Origin: Lepidodermella squamata
Taxonomy: Eukaryota > Animalia > Gastrotricha
Length of the DNA stretch: 64,000 bases
Assembly (NCBI GenBank): GCA_047495785.1
Contig: JBLDXI010000054.1
Span: 3,038,001 to 3,102,000 of the forward strand
Direction: 5' to 3'
A program made the position numbers and the translations under genes. Below the pieces are notes generated by a model. It had not been told where the DNA came from, made no database searches, and was given only the letters and a program-made list of their open reading frames with translations. This document shows positions 62,457 through 64,000 of this stretch, in pieces; the stretch's first letter is position 1, and each line of letters opens with the position of its first letter.

Positions 62457-64000
62457 ATGTCCGATCAGTCTGAAAGAAAACGAACTAGCACATATCTAGA
62501 ACTGAAAGACGAGTCCTGTTCTTCCCCTGATTCCAAAAAACCCAAGCCCGCTTTCTCAGAGGCGACAAACAAGACCGAGAGCAACGGTAACAGTAACGGT
62601 ACATCTGCCCCTGCTTCAAACGGCGTTCGAGAAATGACCGGGGTAAGTTCAAATTGTTGAAAATTATTCTGTTATCTATGATATCTTTGATCAGCGACAC
62701 GTGGCTAATGGTTCCGCTGCTGCTGCGGATGGCGGAGAACACGTCGAAATCGACGAATCTCTCTACTCCCGACAATTGTAATTTTGAATTTTAGGTGATT
62801 AGTTGAATCATTCATTTTTATCTTTGTAGATACGTGCTTGGTCATGAGACCATGCAACAGATGGCAAAGTCCAATGTCCTTATTTCAGGCTTGGGCGGGG
62901 TTGGCGCTGAGGTTGCTAAGAACATCATCCTTGGTGGCGTTCGCAGCGTCATTTTGCATGACAAGCATAAGACAACATTTGCCGATCTTTCCTCCCAATT
63001 TTACCTGACTGAAGCTGATATCGGCCGCAATAGGGCCGAAGCCAGCGTCGCGAAATTCGCTGAACTCAATTCCTACGTCCACGTTGAGCATTCAACCTGC
63101 GACTTGACCCCTGAATATCTTTCTCACTTCCAAGTAAGTTGATGTCGTTATAGAATAAATATCAGTTTCAAACTTTTGTATGTGACAGGTTGTCATTTTA
63201 TGCAATTATCTTGATAATGAAGATATCCTCCCTATTGCTGATTACTGCCATGAGCATAACGTTAAGCTTATTGTTGCTTGCACTCGTGGTTTGTTCGGCC
63301 AACTTTTCTGTGATTTCGGCAACTCTTTCACTGTCACCGACCCCGATGGAGAGGAGCCTGTCAGCGCTGTTGTAGAATCGATCACTCGCGATAAAGAAGG
63401 CATCGTAACCCTGACCGACAATGGCACACTCGGTTTTGCAGTTGGTGATCTTGTTACTTTCAGCCATGTTCGCGGCGCCACTGAGATAAATTCCTGTGGT
63501 CCTCTTGAGGTCAAATCTTGCATTAGTCCTTTTGTATTTTCTATTGGTGACACGACTCGGTTTGGTGATTACCAAGCTGGCGGTGTCGCTACCCAAGTCA
63601 AGCGGCCGCGCAAGATTGCATTCAAGCCTTTCCGCCGTGCCCTCGACGAACCTGAGTATCTGATTTCAGACTTCGCTAAATTCGACCGTGAAGGTGTGTT
63701 ACATCATGCTTTCCGGTGCTATGGCCCCTTCGTGAAATCTATGGGCGGTGTCCACCCGAAGCCCCGTCATGCAGCTACTGCGAAGAAATTCGTCGAGTTC
63801 TGCAAAACTCAATTCAATGTCGACCCGAAATCTTTGGATGAAGCGATATTGGAGGAGTTCTGCAGCCAAGCAGTCGGCGATGTTTGCCCAATGAATGCTG
63901 TGATTGGTGGTATTGCCGCTCAAGAAGCTATCAAATCAATCTCCGGAAAATTCACCCCGATTCAGCAGTTCTTGTACTTCGATGCGCTGGAATGTTTGCC
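62457..64000 (+). CDS. UBA1: Ubiquitin-activating enzyme E1, 5' part (runs off the window)
   Basis: [60 protein letters not shown] and [31 protein letters not shown] across short introns. Confidence 0.96.

Overview
Eukaryotic DNA from a compact, AT-rich invertebrate (metazoan) genome with mostly 40-60 nt spliceosomal introns; the phylum cannot be fixed from this window. Left to right: a TA-flanked non-autonomous DNA transposon carrying a tRNA-like element; an array of 18-bp palindromes; a divergent GABA-B-like class C GPCR (-); a small tRNA cluster; three tightly packed + strand genes (PLCXD-type PI-PLC, a secreted bacterial-type lytic transglycosylase/lysozyme-like protein, an SGNH-hydrolase-like type II membrane protein); a plexin (-) with an intronic tRNA-Val and about 7.4 kb of gene-free upstream DNA; STYXL1/MK-STYX (-); a tandem array of nine MFSD6-like transporter loci (+; one frameshifted, one truncated, several MITEs); a GH20 hexosaminidase with substituted sugar-binding residues; POLR1G/RPA34; an intronless Cys-loop receptor fused to two N-terminal LamG/pentraxin-like domains (-); and the 5' part of UBA1. 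Best candidates for new biology: (1) the lectin-like-domain/pentameric ion channel fusion, (2) a probably horizontally acquired, intron-bearing peptidoglycan-active enzyme, (3) operon-like junctions where a poly(A) signal is followed by an unpaired splice acceptor, suggesting SL trans-splicing, (4) the altered hexosaminidase, and (5) a strongly over-represented TCCNCCTTAA motif. All family calls come from motif recognition by eye; no searches were run.
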